This document shows, piece after piece, positions 63,260-64,000 of a stretch of DNA of 64,000 nt. Each line of letters begins with the position of its first letter. Within the stretch, counting starts at the first letter, position 1. Source of the stretch: Eukaryota sp. TZLM1-RC. Its lineage: Eukaryota > Protista > Metamonada: BaSk clade. The stretch is from contig JAUPSS010000004.1 of the NCBI GenBank assembly GCA_040285825.1, positions 4,927,784-4,991,783 of the forward strand. The letters are read 5' to 3'. Made by a program: the position numbers and the translations under genes. The notes under the pieces were generated by a model that had not been told where the DNA came from, searched no databases, and saw only the letters and a program-made list of their open reading frames with translations.

Positions 63260-64000
63260 TGTGAATGATAAGAGGTTGATTCATTGGACAACAGTTTTTT
63301 ACTCCGTTGAGTAAACGTGGCACAAATTTTTCACCCATCAAAACCTTTCCCTGAACTACTGAAAATACTATTTGGAACTGTTGATATTGCTGCAAAATAA
63401 ACTGGACTTTAACGTTTATTAAATCTAACAACAGAAAATGAACTAAGGCAAAAAAAATGATAATGTTCAAGACAAGCATTTTGAGACAACCAAGCCAGAA
63501 TAAACAACGTTGGATATTGAGGAGAATTTTTGTCTCTGAACGAAGTGGGGGAAGTAAGCTTACAAAGGTAGAAGTATGGTATATGGATTTTACAACTTAT
63601 TTATTTATTTTGTTTAAATAAAAAATGTTTTTCATAAATCTTTTGAAAATACAAATAATTAAAAAAAACACTGAGACTACCAACAAATTGTGATAAAAAA
63701 CGAAATTTGTAGCCACAAGATACAAAAAATAAATTAGCAAAATGCTAATCAATAGAGTGAATTGCTGAAAGAGTCCTCCCTCTTCATGTACATGATCACA
63801 AAAAATCAAATAATATTTCAGCTGGATTTTTTAATCAACCATGGAAAACAAGACAATTCATCCAAATAATCATTCTTGTTGAGTTCAACACATTTAATTA
63901 AAGCTTGCTTATACATTTTTGTTGTAAATAAGAGGAAAAGGCTTAATCTGACAGATTTTCTTGATCAGGTTTAATTGATTGAATGAATTTCCGAGAAGGA

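Overview
AT-rich, compact eukaryotic (protist-like) DNA using the standard code, with very short (27-32 nt) GT-AG introns. About two thirds is nested transposon debris: CRE/SLACS-like non-LTR elements (RT plus restriction-like endonuclease), chromodomain-bearing Ty3/Gypsy elements with very short LTRs (a composite element, a solo LTR and a TRIM), hAT and Mutator elements, several with clean TIR/TSD boundaries. Host genes: WASHC5/strumpellin, a bacterial-type SDR, a NADAR protein, FAM161-like, a degenerate DEAD-box-like protein, a 725-aa bacterial-like hypothetical, a duplicated orphan, HAUS1-like, TSR2, a Ser/Thr kinase and a broken BTB-ubiquitin-like gene. The most notable signal is a decayed Fanzor1 (eukaryotic TnpB-like RuvC) ORF at 61.55-62.05 kb followed by a structured putative omega-RNA. 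A second, ORF-less copy of that segment lies at 10.9 kb. Both copies stop in the same orientation at a TCAAA motif roughly 50-80 nt upstream of a housekeeping start codon (TSR2, WASHC5). A second notable signal is a non-canonical PBS shared by two Gypsy-related families that fits half-tRNA-Ile priming. All family assignments are from motif recognition by eye; no database searches were run.
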